Below, one piece after another: positions 63,664 through 64,000 of a stretch of 64,000 bases of DNA. The notes below the pieces were generated by a model that saw only the letters and a program-made list of their open reading frames with translations, did no database searches and was not told the origin of the DNA. The position numbers were made by a program, and so were the translations under genes. The stretch is from contig CM052818.1 in the NCBI GenBank assembly GCA_028534125.1, forward strand, positions 16,494,001-16,558,000. Reading direction: 5' to 3'. The stretch comes from Lama glama (lineage: Eukaryota). Every line of letters begins with the position of its first letter. Position 1 is the stretch's first letter.

Positions 63664-64000
63664 AGGACAGAAAGATGTTTGATGGCAGGAGAGAAAGATT
63701 ACCAGGACCCTTGATAGTTCTGGGCTGATGACACTGAATATATATAGAATCTCTGAGAAAAATGAGTCACTGAAAGAAAGGTACAAAGGGGAGGCTCTGA
63801 CCATGTTTACTTTTACTTATTGTAAAAACAACAGCATCTATAAGCAAAAAGTGTAAAACAAGAATTTATTTATTTTATTTTTATTAGTTCATCGTGAAAG
63901 AATCTCTCTGTGGAGTGTTTTCATGGAAAAATGAGTTACAGAGGCGTGTTATATTACAGAAGATTGTAAAGAAAGATAACTGTGGTATCTAGAACAGAGA

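Overview
AT-rich, CpG-poor, repeat-dense mammalian genomic DNA. It is most likely from a camelid: a tRNA-derived SINE at 21879-21983 matches my recollection of the camelid Vic-1 family, and the youngest L1 3' ends look artiodactyl-type. I recognise no host protein-coding exon, RNA gene or CRISPR array, so the window looks intergenic or deep intronic. The only ORFs with recognisable protein motifs are broken LINE-1 ORF2 pieces (YADD reverse transcriptase motif, C-terminal cysteine knuckle). The rest is layered transposon fossils (L1 of several ages, L2, MIR, ERV1/ERVL/MaLR solo LTRs, hAT and Tigger MITEs), microsatellites and one 500-N gap. I found no convincing novel biological system. The best leads are a ~110-bp twin-primed (5'-inverted) L1 with a TSD at ~44.0 kb; a Tigger/MER2-like MITE with three TIR copies inside an L1 inside a MIR; a probably full-length L1 hidden by the gap; an ordered set of minus-strand splice signals at 56.5-61.1 kb (possible lncRNA or micropeptide); and a CpG-rich Z-DNA/palindrome tract at 48.2 kb. 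Repeat family names come from recalled consensus sequences, not from a search, and boundaries of old elements are approximate.
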